Assembly (NCBI GenBank): GCA_038087875.1
Contig: CM075987.1
Location: forward strand, 27,282,001-27,346,000
Length of the DNA: 64,000 nucleotides
From: Malacoraja senta
Lineage: Eukaryota
Direction: 5' to 3'
Below the pieces are notes generated by a model that was not told the DNA's origin, made no database searches, and worked only from the letters and a program-made list of their open reading frames with translations. This document shows positions 51,000-63,735 of the stretch, piece after piece (positions within the stretch are counted from its first letter, which is position 1; each line of letters opens with the position of its first letter). A program made the translations under genes and the position numbers.

Positions 51000-51410
51000 T
51001 CCTTTACCTACCGCATTCCTGCAGCTTTTTATAGGCTTTGCCTTGCCCCACTGGTGCTGACTAAATTCCCTTCAGCCCCAATATCCACAGTCGCTATGCT
51101 GTCGACTGTACCGTGGTCAGAGGCGGCTGGTCGCCGACCACAATATTGCGACTTTTTACCGGCTGTGCCACTCGCCTCCCCCACTTGCCCGTTTTTTCCA
51201 TGATGCCTGTGGAAAAATCCCCACAGACCCACAGCAAACGGACACAAAAATACTTGAAAAAAGTTTATCCTTACCTTGTAGTTGAAAACTACAATTCCAC
51301 TAGAGGAGCTCTGCTCCTCGCGTCCGTTTGCGCCAATGCGTCTGACGTAATGACGCGCAGGCCCACTGCCAGGGTTCTTCACGAAGTCACTCGCGTGACT
51401 CCGAAGTAAA
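51000..51410. promoter_or_regulatory. CpG-rich bidirectional promoter PNPLA7/MRPL41
   Basis: Elevated CpG; ACTACAATTCC (ZNF143/THAP11-type) 51288-51298, CCAAT ~51333, CRE-like TGACGTAA and TGACGC 51343-51356, near-palindrome AGTCACTCGCGTGACT 51385-51400. Confidence 0.7.
51275..51345 (-). other. PNPLA7: Putative non-coding first exon of PNPLA7 (5' boundary unknown)
   Basis: Strong minus-strand donor AAG|GTAAGG at 51275/51274 in a CpG-rich stretch, no ATG upstream; position fits a head-to-head arrangement with MRPL41. Confidence 0.5.
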
Positions 51411-51697
51411 ATCATGAGAGGCATAGATAGGGTCGACAGGCAGAGATTAGTTTAACGGCATAATGTTTGGCATGGACATTGTAGGCTGAAAGGCCTGTTC
51501 CTGTACAGTTCTAACTATAATCATTTCCTCTCAGTGATCTTGCAACTATAACATGCACAATTATTTTGGAATATTACAAGCTTTTCTCTGGCTGAACTGG
51601 CAATTAATCAAACTACTGGAAAGTTAGTGAAGAATTATACCTTTGACTGTAGAGCATCCTTAACAAAGTTATCCATCTCTGTTAGGTGTAATTAGCC

Positions 51698-52105
51698 ATG
51701 GGATTACTATCGAATCTGGCCCGAGGTTTGGTGCGAGGAGCTGATCGAACCGCAGAAATCACAAGTAAACGTGGTCCCAAGAGTTTCTACCGATCCAGGG
51801 GAGCCAAGCCAACGGGATATATAACTTCCAGTGGCAAGTTTGTAAAGATAAAAAAAATGGTGCCTGAGCTGGTGGTTCCTAATTTAAAAGGTTTCCCCCT
51901 GAAAGCGTACGTGTCGTACAAAGCACCGAGTGGAACAGAGCAGCCGCTAACGGCCAAGAAGCTCTTCATGGAAACTGCTGCTGTGCAAATCGAGAAAGAT
52001 TTTCGGGAAGGTACCTTTGACTCGAATCGCCTGGAAAAATATGGCTTTGAACCATCACAAGAGGACAAAGTCTTCCGGCTGTTTCCAAAAAATTATGTGC
52101 GGTAA
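51698..52105 (+). CDS. MRPL41: 39S mitochondrial ribosomal protein L41 (mL41)
   Basis: 135-aa [74 protein letters not shown] Kozak; acceptor tctgttag ends 51685; single coding exon as in mammals. Confidence 0.97.
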   Translation: MGLLSNLARGLVRGADRTAEITSKRGPKSFYRSRGAKPTGYITSSGKFVKIKKMVPELVVPNLKGFPLKAYVSYKAPSGTEQPLTAKKLFMETAAVQIEKDFREGTFDSNRLEKYGFEPSQEDKVFRLFPKNYVR

Positions 52106-52215
52106 TAAGAACTGTATTATCTCAGATTAGCCCTTTTTCCCTGACTGGCTTGAGAAATGAGACGCTGCTGCTATCGGGGGAATCTGTATGGTTTTGTACA
52201 TGCCACGGGATGGGG

Positions 52216-52221
52216 AATAAA
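52216..52221 (+). promoter_or_regulatory. Likely MRPL41 polyadenylation signal
   Basis: AATAAA ~110 nt after the stop, followed by GT/T-rich sequence. Confidence 0.6.
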
Positions 52222-52552
52222 TATAGTTTTGTTGTGCTAAAATGTCTGAACAAATGTCAGGCACTCAATCATACCAATACATTTATGTATGTTTTTTTTT
52301 AATTAACCCTGAGGATTAAACCATGTTAACCCATATCTTTTTATCTCTTGTGCTTATTGTTAATATTTCAGGACATAAAACGTAAAACCCATTATCTACC
52401 TATACTGTAGAAGAACAGCCACATTTTATTTTTACAAGCTTGTTTTGTGGCATAAGGATATTTGGAGCAATTGAAAAACTAAATTTGTTGAACAAAATGT
52501 CTTGCATATTATTAAAAAATGGTCAATTCATTATTTTGCAAACAAATTTATA

Positions 52553-53400
52553 CAATAGACAATAGGTGCAGGAGTAGGTCATTCGGCCCTTCGAGCCAGC
52601 ACTGCTATTCATGGCTGATCATCCCCAATCAGTACCCCGTTCCTGCCTTCTCCCCAAATCCCCTGACTCCGCTATTTTTAAGATCCCTATCTAGCTCTCT
52701 CTTGAAAGCATCCAGAAACCTGCCTCCACCGCCCTCTGAGGCAGAGAATTCCACAGACTCACCACTCAGTGAGAAAAGGTGTTTCCTCGTCTCCGTTCTA
52801 AATGGCTTACTCCTTATTCTTAAACTGTGGCCCCTGGTTCTGGACTCCCCCAACATCGGGAACATGTTTCCTGTCTCTAGCGTGTCCCTTAACAATCTTA
52901 TATGTTTCAATGAGATTCCCTCTCATCCTTCTAAACTCCAGAGTGTACAAGCCCAGCTGCTCCATTCTCTCAGCATATGACAGTTCCGCCATCCCGGGAA
53001 TTAACCTTGTAAACCTACGCTGCACTCCAATAGCAAGAATGTCCTTCCTCAAATTAGGGGACCAAAACTGCACACAATACTCCAGGTGTGGTCTCACTAG
53101 GGCCCTGTACAACTGCAGAAGGACCTCTTTGCTCCTATATTCGATTCCTCTTGTTATAAAGGCCAACATGCCATTCGCTTTCTTCACTGCCTGCTGTACC
53201 TGCATGCTTACTTTCATAGACTGATGTACAAGGACCCCCAGATCCCGTTGTACTTCCCCTTTTTCCAACAACGCCATTTAGATAGTAGGTAGGTTAACTG
53301 GTCTATAATTCCGTTTTCTCTCCCGCCTTTCTTAAAAAGTGGGATAACATTAGCTACCCTCTAATCCACAGGAACTGACCCTGAGTCTATAGAACATTGA
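52553..53400 (-). mobile_element. CR1-type LINE 3' fragment
   Basis: RDLGVLV..LYRALVRPHLEYCVQFWSP..VQRRFTRLIPG; typical 3' UTR. Confidence 0.85.
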
Positions 53401-56400
53401 AGAATCTGAAGAAGGGTCCTGACCTGAAACATTACCCACCCATGTCCTCCTGACATGCTGGCTGACACACCGAAGGGCCTGTTTCCATGCTGTATGACTC
53501 TTGGTTCCAGAGACATTGTATTGGCTTGAGAGACAGGCTCAAATATGGTGCTTGTTAGTTAGACCGATGACTATGTTCTATGTCCTGGTTCCATATTGAA
53601 ATCCAGACATTAAAATATAAATGAATTACTAATGCTCTATCCCAGATCTTGTGATTCATTTTAAATGAAACTCAACAAAAATCATTAGGATAATTTAAAT
53701 CTTAGAGCTCAGTCTCTGGATTTTAATGTTTTTTTCTCCTCAGTAGAAGTTGCGATCACTGTCGTACATAGCATTGTACGGCACTATGCCCGTTGATGTT
53801 TTCAACGATGATGATAATGATTCTCTCCAGCTTATGTGCATTTCTTCAGGATCACGTTCATTGCCTTAAATCTGGAAGTTATGTCATGTGTTGTAGCAGC
53901 TTAAAGAATCTGTCACTTGCTGCATATAACTTGTATATTGGATTTCAATAAGAATACATGAATTACAAATTGGAAATAAGTTGCTCTAAACCATGTTTGC
54001 TAGCTGACAGCAAAAAGCTTTTCACTGTACCTCGGTACACGTGACACTAAACTGAACAAATCTAATCGCACCTCCCTGCCACATTCCCAATTCAAGAGTC
54101 AAGAGTGTTTTATTGTCATATGTCCCAGATAGAACAATGAAATTCTTACTTGCTTCTTTCTGTTCTTTGTTTCTGTTGTCCACTACCATATCTATGTTTT
54201 TGATTGTTGATGTATTATCGGTTTCAACAGTAACCCTAAAAGCAAATCCTCCAGCCTCCTATCTCATATCAGCAACAATCCTTCCAAGGTCTGTATTATC
54301 ATCTTCTTGAGTATGGCATGCACAGCCTAAAATTGTAGGTCAACGTGTTCTATTTGATCTATTTGTTTGTGCACGTCAGGTTGATTGCATTAGTCAAAAC
54401 AGGGTGGACCACGTGAAGGTTGCAATCTCCCACCTGTGTAGTGATTTGAAATTAGCTCAACAAAACTGGCCTTCACTGAAATTGATACCACCCTTTCTCT
54501 CTTTGCTCTCTTTGATGCCTGATAATTATTTCCTTTATTAAAATATTAGCTTTCCCAAAATTTAATAAAGTAGCAAGACTATAATTATCCAAATTAACTC
54601 ACTCCCTTTTTTAAAAATTAATAATATATTGGCCATTCTCCAAACCTCTAGCAAACTTCTAAGTGTAGTAATGTCAGTATGAAAGAGTGGCATAAAGGAT
54701 TATTATTGCTATCAACTATCAGTAAGACAACATCTTTAAAAAGGATAAACATGTAGGTCATGTCCTTCAGAACTGATCATTTCATTCAGTAATGGGGCCT
54801 GCGCCTCCATCTTGTGTCTCAGGGATTCCAACTCCTGTTCCAGACCTCCCAGTGCAGACCCAACCCGGATCACAGGTACCGACAGTTAATCCACCGCTTT
54901 TCGCAACAGTTCTCCTTCCGCGCCCTGCATTCCACTGGGCACCATGCACTGGCACCCTATCTTTGCTGGCACAAGCAGGCCCACGCTCTGATTCTCCTGC
55001 AGCTCCAGGCGTCACTCACCCAGAAGTCTTAAGCAGGATCTCCTATTCCTTTTCTCAAGAGATACTACCTGACCCGCTGAGTTGCTCCAGCATTTTTGTG
55101 TCTACAAAATATACATTATGCTAAGTTTCCCTCAGCGTTCTTCCAAACTGTCATAATAGGATCATCTGTGGAGGGAAAGGGACAATGTTTGACGTCGGGA
55201 CCCTTCTTCAGAATTAACGCTCCACAGCTGCTGCTATATTGTTACACACTGGAAATGTCCAGTATTTTCTAAAGTATTCTTTGAAGTAACTACTGCCTCA
55301 AAATGCAGCAATTTGCTCGAATTTTTAACCTCCATTCCCAAGGATTTCCAACACATCCCTATGCTCAGTACATCTCATTGGTAGACTACCATACATTAAC
55401 ATACAGTATTTAACAAAATGTCATTCTTTAACCCAGGATGATTTGAATTTGTTTCGTTCATAATACTTGGAAAGTGGCTGGTGGTTAAATCCTCAAAGCT
55501 GTATCAGGTCTATGTAGTTTTAACTGTTGCTTTATCCGAACACGCCAGAAAGTTGTCTTAACCTAGAGGTTTCTTCATACATGGTTAGAAAAGTTTTTTA
55601 GCCACTCAGGTTTTGATTATGAACGCAAGTGTAAATTATATTATATATTTATGGTCAGGTCAAAAACGAGTCTTGATTTACCATTAGCAGTGACTAATTT
55701 TTTTATTCAAATACAAAAGGAGGAAAATGTGTATTTTTCTGCTTTATGTCACTTTAAATAAAGATATATAATGTGTTGCCAAAATGGCATTTGCTATTAC
55801 CCTGTTTGAATACAACCAAAATATTGAGATCACTTCCATTAGCTGAAGTTTTTTTTAAAAGATGACCAGAGAATATAATTTAAACAAACATTAAATTCCA
55901 CGATTAAACTAAGAGCATAATATAAATGGAACATTTAATCAGAGAAATTAAAATGTTTCCCTTCATTTCCCCCACCCTCCCCCACTATAAGCACATACAT
56001 TTTCATTGGAGAAAGCGATAGGTGTGTTTAACCTCTTTTCTCCCCATTGAATGTTACTGAAACATTCATCTCAGATGTCAGTGCAAGGAGGAAAGAGAAA
56101 GATAGAAACATTAAAAACATGTAGAACAGCATTATTACAAACAGCTTTCTGTACCCCATGAAATACACTGTAGAATCTTTGCAAGAATATTCAAGAACAA
56201 ACATAAAATACTGAATTGACCAAACAAATAACTCTTTAATTACATTCTGGAGTGTCTATAAGACATGTCTGTATATATATTTAAAATTTGCCTTGCACAT
56301 CAGTGGAAGACAGTTGCAAAAAAGATCGATAAAAATTGTTTAAATCCATACATCGGTAAAAATAAATTTAGTCTTGCTCAACTACTATGGATTTCCTTGA

Positions 56401-56765
56401 AATCCAAAAGCAGCACTTAGCAAAAACTCCTGAGATCCAAAGCACCAGTTAATTAGAGGTCCACAGGACCAAAACACTTTGCTGTGAGGAGCTTCAATTG
56501 TATAGTTTCTCATGTCACCAGAAATGTGATTTATAATAATTTACCAGTCACAGAACATGGTCAGAGAAAAGCAGAAAGCATCGGTTTATAAAGATCATTG
56601 GCTGAAGATCTAAATTAACCCTTGACACCAGACCCCTGGAATTATTTTTAAATCCTGGGTGGCATAATCTGATTTAAATGACGTACAAATCCCTCCTCAA
56701 TTCTTCTGTAGGTCTAGTATTGGGATTAATGAAGAGGCGTTTCAGACTAAATGATCCACGCATTA

Positions 56766-57105
56766 CAGGAAATCTCTAGTGTACAAAAGGATTCTGTTCC
56801 TGAGAACTGTTTGTTATGTGAACTGTTTGTAAGTCAGAGATAAACAGAAACATCTGTAACGGGAGATCCGGAAGAGCGACAGTCAGTCGGCCTAGCTGAC
56901 TCACTGAATAAACAAGTCTCCAGCGCTCGCCTCAATCTAGCACCCATTATTGCAGCTGGTGAAAGACAACAACGGAATCGCCCCATTCCCACCTGCCACG
57001 ATAATGCAGCCAACAAATTCTTCCTTGCACATCCCACTAGTCTCCACACACTTGTCTGTGTGTATGGGGCATCCAGTCGCGTGTTTGTAACGCAGGGAGG
57101 ACGTG
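56766..57105. mobile_element. Old Tigger-like MITE downstream of the DPH7 stop
   Basis: TA-CAGG... left end, ...GTTTGTAACGCAGGGAGGACGTG-TA right end, repeated subterminal GTTTGT(A/T)A motifs; degenerate. Confidence 0.45.
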
Positions 57106-57428
57106 TACCATTAATATTATATTTCTCATTGTATCTTTTTTTCCAACCATATTTTAGTATTTTACTATTATTTAACAATGTGATCAATTACATCGCAAGG
57201 CTACCAACTTCTCTCCCACTTTCCCCTTCACCTGAAGCATTTATGCAGCTGAGAACTTAGAAAAATCACACCAAAATCTTGGCACTATTTTAAGAATAAT
57301 GAACTGTTATAAATTTCATGCCCAACTTTTCTACAGGATACTGAAAATTAAAATGATCAAACTATGCTCTTCCCTCATGCAATCTGGCCTCACCAGTACT
57401 TTATGATAGTATACACTTTTTGAAAAAA

Positions 57429-57901
57429 TTAAGTGGAAGATACAGTGTTGTTTCTTTCCCACTTCCAAACATGCAAGACATGGTCATAGAAGGAACATGT
57501 TGCCAACAAATCACCTTTCTTTTTAGTCCAATCAATCCCGGCCTTGAAGTTCTGCTGTTCTTTCATGGCAAGGTCCGTACTTGGACATTGAGAGGTACCA
57601 CTGGCCTGCAGACTGCTTGAAGACCTAGAGCCATAATCATCTGCCTCATCTTCCACCACCATATCAAATAAACCTGTGGGAGATTCATACTGAATCTTTA
57701 GATGCTGGAACTTGACTACTGCTTCCTTTGTTCCTTGTTCACGATCCTTTTTCCTCTGAGTTTCAGCTAATAACGAAGGTACAGACCAAGGCTCTGAGGT
57801 GGGTTGAGCATCGATTGATAACCTTGACCAGTCTGCCCCATATGCCAGTGAATTGTGTAATATGTATGAATAAAGAATCGGGCATCCTTCTTGACCTGTA
57901 G
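57429..57901 (-). CDS. DPH7: DPH7 (diphthine methyltransferase/WDR85) last coding exon
   Basis: Reads ..CPILYSYILHNSLAYGADWSRL..LLATCSFYDHVLHVWKW..stop; HxSLAYGADWS and LATCSFYD motifs of DPH7; phase 1 matches the upstream exon. Confidence 0.92.
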
Positions 57902-58284
57902 CTGAAGAAAACAGAAACTATTTGAATTAAAATAAACACGTACTATGAAATAATACATATAATTGAAAAACAGTTAATACACAACTGTTATACAATCCCG
58001 TTCAAAGGGTCTTGACAAACAAACGCATGGTTACCGAATTATTTGCAGTTTACGGTTAAACCCAATCATATCCAGGCTTCTTAATATCAATTTTATACGA
58101 TGCTGCCTTTCATTCTATTATTTTGAGTTCAGTGGTAAAAAAGCTGTCATTTTGTGTAAACAGATAGCAATTACTCTTAAATTCAGTCTCAGCCACAATA
58201 TTCACCAGCTGTAATACCTTATCTATCAAGAATCTTACAACTCACTAATGACTTAGTTATGTGACCAACGAGTGATTCAGACAA

Positions 58285-58475
58285 AATAGACACAAAATGC
58301 TGAAGTAACTCGGTGGGCCAGGCAGCATCTCTGGAGAGAAGGAATGGGTGACGTGTCGGGTCGAGACCCTTCTTCAGACTGAAGAAGGGTCTCGACCCAA
58401 AACATTATCCATTCCTTCTCCACAGAGATGCCGCCTGTCCCGCAGAGCTACTCCAGCTTCTTGTGTCTATCTTCG
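58285..58475. mobile_element. Penelope pLTR-derived palindrome in DPH7 intron
   Basis: Two inverted halves joined at cttcagactgaag; both hammerhead cores carry GAAA mutations. Confidence 0.75.
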
Positions 58476-58683
58476 CTTTAAATATAAAGTAGTACTTCCT
58501 CACAAATTCAAACTACAGAAACAAAGAGGTTTAAAAACTCCAAATTACAAGAAAATATTTTCCAGCTCTTTTGGTGTCATCCATTTCAGGATCTGCCCTC
58601 CAGAAAACTGCCCTGCTAATGAAGTTTGCATGCAGGCAACAGAGAACATAATCGAGAATCTCACAAATCATTTCCAAGTAGAC

Positions 58684-59107
58684 TTAGACTTCTGATCAAT
58701 AAGAAATCCTGACTGACAAAATTATTTAAAACATTTTCTGTTATTGTAATAAATTAATAATTCTTTAAATGCCCAGTAAACCATAATCCAAAATCATACC
58801 CCTAAATTGATCCTGCACACATCTGATGTCAAGGAAATCAGCATTTTGTAACAGTATTTTCACCAAACGCTGACATTTTTCTCTTTGTCCAGGGACATTG
58901 AAGCTAAATTTATCACTTCAATTTCTGTCTCTGCTGAGATCAGATAGTTCACCAAGAATTAAACTCATATTTCTGATCTGTAAGCGATTAATTACAGCAC
59001 CAAACAATTAATTTACTACAAATAAGCTGTCCAGGCTGACGATGCACCTAAGAACATTGAACACAACCATTTCTATTTTAGCAAATAGACGTTAGCATTT
59101 AACTGTT
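58684..59107. repeat. Direct repeat copy 1 flanking the L1 (~424 bp)
   Basis: Nearly identical to 63122-63551 (ttagacttctgatcaataag...gcatttaactgtt), a few small differences. Confidence 0.95.
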
Positions 59108-62100
59108 TTTTGTTGTTGTTGTTTTTTTTAATAATATTTTTATTTTATTAGAAGTACAATTGTATACAATCATATTTTCATAATACCTTTTATGTACAGC
59201 TTCTTATTTTTTAAATTTTTTGTAATGAAGAAAAAGAAAAAAGTTAGATAATGAAAAATAGAAAAATGTGAGATATAAAGTGTGTGAAAAAGAAAAATAA
59301 AGAATGAAAAAAGAAAGTTGAGACATAGAAAATAGAAGAAAGAGAATAAAAGAAGAGAAGAGAAGAAAAGAAAATAGAAGATAATTTATAATCTTGACCA
59401 TCCGCAGTCACGGATTAGCTTTTACACCTGTTTTGCACCATATGTTTCCAAAAAGACGACAAATGGAGACCAACTCGTTATGAATTGGTCAAATTTATCT
59501 ATTAGGAGGAATCGCATTTCCTCAAGATGTGCGGTATCCAACATACTTGCAATCCACATTTTGAGCGTTGGTATTGGTGTATTTTTCCAAAATTTCAATA
59601 TTAATTCTTTTGCTATTATTAAACCATAATTAAAAATTGACTTTTGAGATGAGCTCAATTTGTTCCCGTCTTCCATTACCCCAAATATAATCAATTCATT
59701 ATTGGGTTCCATTTTTGTCTTAAATAGTTTTGTAAATATTTTGAAAATATCACTCCAAAATCCATGAAGTTTTATACAAGAAACAAAAGAGTGTGTTATA
59801 GTTGCGTCTTGGGTTAAACATTTATCGCAAATGGGCGATATATTTGGATAAAATGTATTTAATCTTGTTTTTGAGTAATATAATCTATGTAAAATTTTTA
59901 ATTGGATTAGATTATGTCTTGCGTTAATCGAACACTTGTGAATGTATGTCAAATACTTTTCCCATGTAGCCTTCGTAATTTTTTATCAATAATTCCCGTT
60001 CCCACTCTTCTCTAATTACCTCGGTCACAGGTAAATCTATATTTAAGATACTATTATATAAATATGATATTAATTTTTGTGTATCAGCTTTTATATTCAT
60101 TACTTCTAGTAAATCAGGAGTTATTTTTTGATATCCCTGTATGTATGTCTTCAAAAAATTACAAATCTGAAAATATTTAAAATAATGAGTGTTTTTCAGT
60201 TTAAATTTTAATTGTAATTGTTGAAATGATAATAAATCTCCCATTTCATACATGTCCCCGATCCTTTTAATTCCTGAACTTTCCCATTGATTATATATTT
60301 TATCCATCATAGATGGTTTAAATAAAGGATTATTTGCTATTGGTGTTAACAATGATAGGTTTCTTAATTTTAAGGATAATTTTATTTGTTTCCATATTCT
60401 TATTGTATCTTGTATAATTGGGTTTTTCTTATATATTGTATTGTTCATTTTTTTCGGGGAGAAGAGGATTGTTCCTATATTACAAGGATAACAATCCTCT
60501 TTCTCCATTTTTATCCATTCTCTCTGTTGAGTTGAACTATCCAACCAGTAAATTATATTCTTAATATGTATTGCCCAATAGTAATACAAAAAATTAGGGA
60601 GTGAAAGTCCCCCGACATCTTTTGGTTTACATAAGTGTTCTTTTTTAATTCTATGTGATTTGTAATCCCAAACAAAATTAGTAATATTAGCGTTCAGTTT
60701 AGAAAAAATATATTTTGGTACATATACTGGTATAGATTGAAATAGGTATAATAACTGTGGTAGGAAGCTCATTTTAATAGCATTTATTCTGCCTATTAAT
60801 GATAAAGGGAGTGTTTTCCAAAATTGTATCATTATATTAAGTTTATTTATTAAGGGTATAAAATTGGCATTGAATAAAGCTTTATGTTTTCTAGTAATCT
60901 GAATACCCAAATATTTGAATTTTTCTGTTGCTATTTTAAAGGGGAATTTCAATAAGTGTGTGGATTCTTGAGGTTTTAACGTCATGATTTCACTTTTGTT
61001 CCAGTTTATTCTATATCCAGAAAAGGACCCAAATTCCTCTATTAAATTTAATAAATTTGGTATGCTCGTTTGTGAATTTGTTATATATAACAAAATATCG
61101 TCTGCATACAATGAAATTTTATTAATTGAGTCCCTGGTATTATAACCCTGAATATTCGGATGGCTTCTTATACTTTCAGCCAGAGGTTCTATCATAAGGG
61201 CAAATAGCAGAGGTGATAAAGCACATCCCTGCCTATTATCCCTTGATAATTGAAATTTTTGAGATAACATGCTGTTAGTTAATATTTTTGCCATCGGTTT
61301 ATCATATAATAATTTCACCCATGCAATAAAGTTCTCTCACATATTAAATTTTTGTAATACTTTGTATAAATACTGCCATTCTACCTGATCAAATGCTTTC
61401 TCTGCGTCCAAAGAAATAATTGCTAAGTCTTTTTCCTCCAATTTATGTGAGTACATTATATTAAACAGGCGTCTCAAATTATTAAATGAATATCTTTTGG
61501 GTATAAACCCCGTTTGATCAGGGTTTATCAATTTACTAATATATTTGCTTAGTCTTCTAGCTAAAGTCTGCTAGAATTTTCTGGTCTGTATTTAAAAGTG
61601 ATATAGCTCTATATGAGCCCGGTTCCTCTAGATCTTTATCTTTCTTTGGAATAAGCGTAATAGTTGATTCTGCTAATGTTTCAGGTAGTTTATTTTCTTT
61701 AAAAACATAAGTATATAAATTAAATAGATAGGGGGTCGTTATCTCATGAAACTTTTTATAAAATTCATTACTAAAACCATCTGGTCCCGGTGTCTTACCA
61801 TTTTTCAGCGATTTTATTGTTTCACCTATTTCTTCGATTGTAATTTGCGCTCCTAGTTCTTCTTGTTCCAAAAGGTCAAGTTTTGGTAGATTACATTTAT
61901 CTAAAAAGTTTGTAATTTTACTATCTTCTGTTTTGGTTTTTGATGTGTATAAATTTTGATAAAATTGAGCAAATCTTTTATTGATATCTTTAGGTAGTGT
62001 TAGTAATTCACCATTCTCGGATTTAATTTTATTTATAGTATTTTCCTTTTCCTGTTTTTTCAATTGACGCGCCAACAGCTTATGTGGTTTGTCACCAAAC

Positions 62101-63121
62101 TCAAAATGTTCCTGTTTTGTAAGTTGGAATAATCTTATTACTCTTGCCGAGAGAATTTGGTTAAGTTTAAATTTCAGTAGTATTATCTTATTATGTTTAT
62201 CTATAGTGGGATCTTTAGCATTATCTAACTCTAACTGTCTTATTTCTTGTTCTAACAGCATCTGTTCTGTTTTATTCTTCTTATTTTGAAATATTTCATA
62301 TGAAATTATAATTCCTCTAATAAATGCTTTAAAAGTTTCCCATATTAAAGAAGGTGAGGTACCTGGTGTATCATTTATCTCAAAAAATGATATAATTTGT
62401 TGTTTCAAATATTGATAACCCTGTAAGTCATTTAATATATATGTGTTAAACCTCCAAAAAAAAATTCTTTCCCGGCATTCCTTCAAATTTTACTAAAAAA
62501 GTCAATGGAGAGTGATCAGAAATACTACTAATATGGTAAGTTGGGTTAATTATATATGGCATTAATTTCCTATCCACTAAAAAATAATCAATTCTTGAGT
62601 ATGTTTTATGTACCGAAGAGTAAAACGAGTATTCCCTTCCTGCTGGGTTAGCAGATCTCCATACATCTGTTATGTTAGTATTTTTTATATATGTATTTAG
62701 AAATTCACTAGTCTTAGATTTTATATTACTCCTTCTTTGTTTTGCTGATTTGTCTAAGTATGGATCTAAAACACAGTTGAAATCCCCTCCTATTATGACA
62801 TTTTGATAATTAAACTCCAGTATTATATCTATAATTTTCTCAAAGAATTGAGGGTTATCAAAATTCGGAGCGTAAATATTTACCATAGTTATTGGGGTAG
62901 CATAAATTTCTCCCGAAACTATGATATACCTTCCCTCTTTATCTGATATAGTATTCTTTAATTTGAACAGTATACCTTTTCGAATAAGAATAGCCGTACC
63001 TCTAGATTTAGAAGTAAATGACGAATAATATGTTTGGCCTATCCACTTCGCCTTTAATCTCATTTGTGTTTCCTGTTTCATGTGAGTTTCTTGCAAGTAA
63101 ATTATGTCGCTTTTCAAAGAT
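59108..63121 (-). mobile_element. L1-clade LINE, 5'-truncated at the start of ORF2, frameshifted
   Basis: Consecutive minus ORFs give APE (LQETH, GGDFN, SDH), RT (PGPDG, YRAISLLN, DAEKAFD, RQGCALSP, YADD) and a C-terminal CxxC..H..C; 3' UTR with AATAAA and an A/AAC tail at ~59108-59150. Confidence 0.93.
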
Positions 63122-63551
63122 TTAGACTTCTGATCAATAAGAAATCCTGACTGACAAAATTATTTAAAACATTTTCTGTTATTGTAATAAATTAATAATT
63201 CTTTAAATGCCCAGTAAACCATAATCCAAAATCATACCCCTAAATTGATCCTGCACACATCTGATGTCAAGGAAATCAGCATTTTGTAACAGTATTTTCA
63301 CCAAACGCTGACATTTTTCTCTATCTTGTCCAGGGACATTGAAGCTAAATTTATCACTTCAATTTCTGTCTCTGCTGAGATCAGATAGTTCACCAAGAAT
63401 TAAACTCATGATATTTCTGATCTGTAAGCGATTAATTACAGCACCAAACAATTAATTTACTACAAATAAGCTGTCCAGGCTGACGATGCACCAAAGAACA
63501 TTGAACACAACCATTTCTATTTTAGCAAATAGACGTTAGCATTTAACTGTT
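63122..63551. repeat. Direct repeat copy 2 flanking the L1 (~430 bp)
   Basis: Nearly identical to 58684-59107. Confidence 0.95.
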
Positions 63552-63562
63552 AAAAGACTCAC

Positions 63563-63735
63563 TGAGTGCACCCTCACAGTCCAGGATGTGGTATCCATTG
63601 TGCATGCATGCCGCAAGCAGCAGACCTTCCTGACTTGGATGCCACTTCACCCTCCATACACCTCCCTGGACGTGGGTATCTGCCAACGGCCGCTTCATCT
63701 GCCGGGAATCCCAGATAAGAACATGTTCGTCATAA
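63563..63735 (-). CDS. DPH7: DPH7 penultimate coding exon (WD40)
   Basis: 173 nt, ttcag/gtgagt: [57 protein letters not shown]. Confidence 0.95.

Noticed and set aside
51698..52105. MRPL41 as a processed pseudogene
   Set aside because: Intact ORF, upstream splice acceptor, no poly(A) tail or TSD, syntenic position; the CDS is natively single-exon
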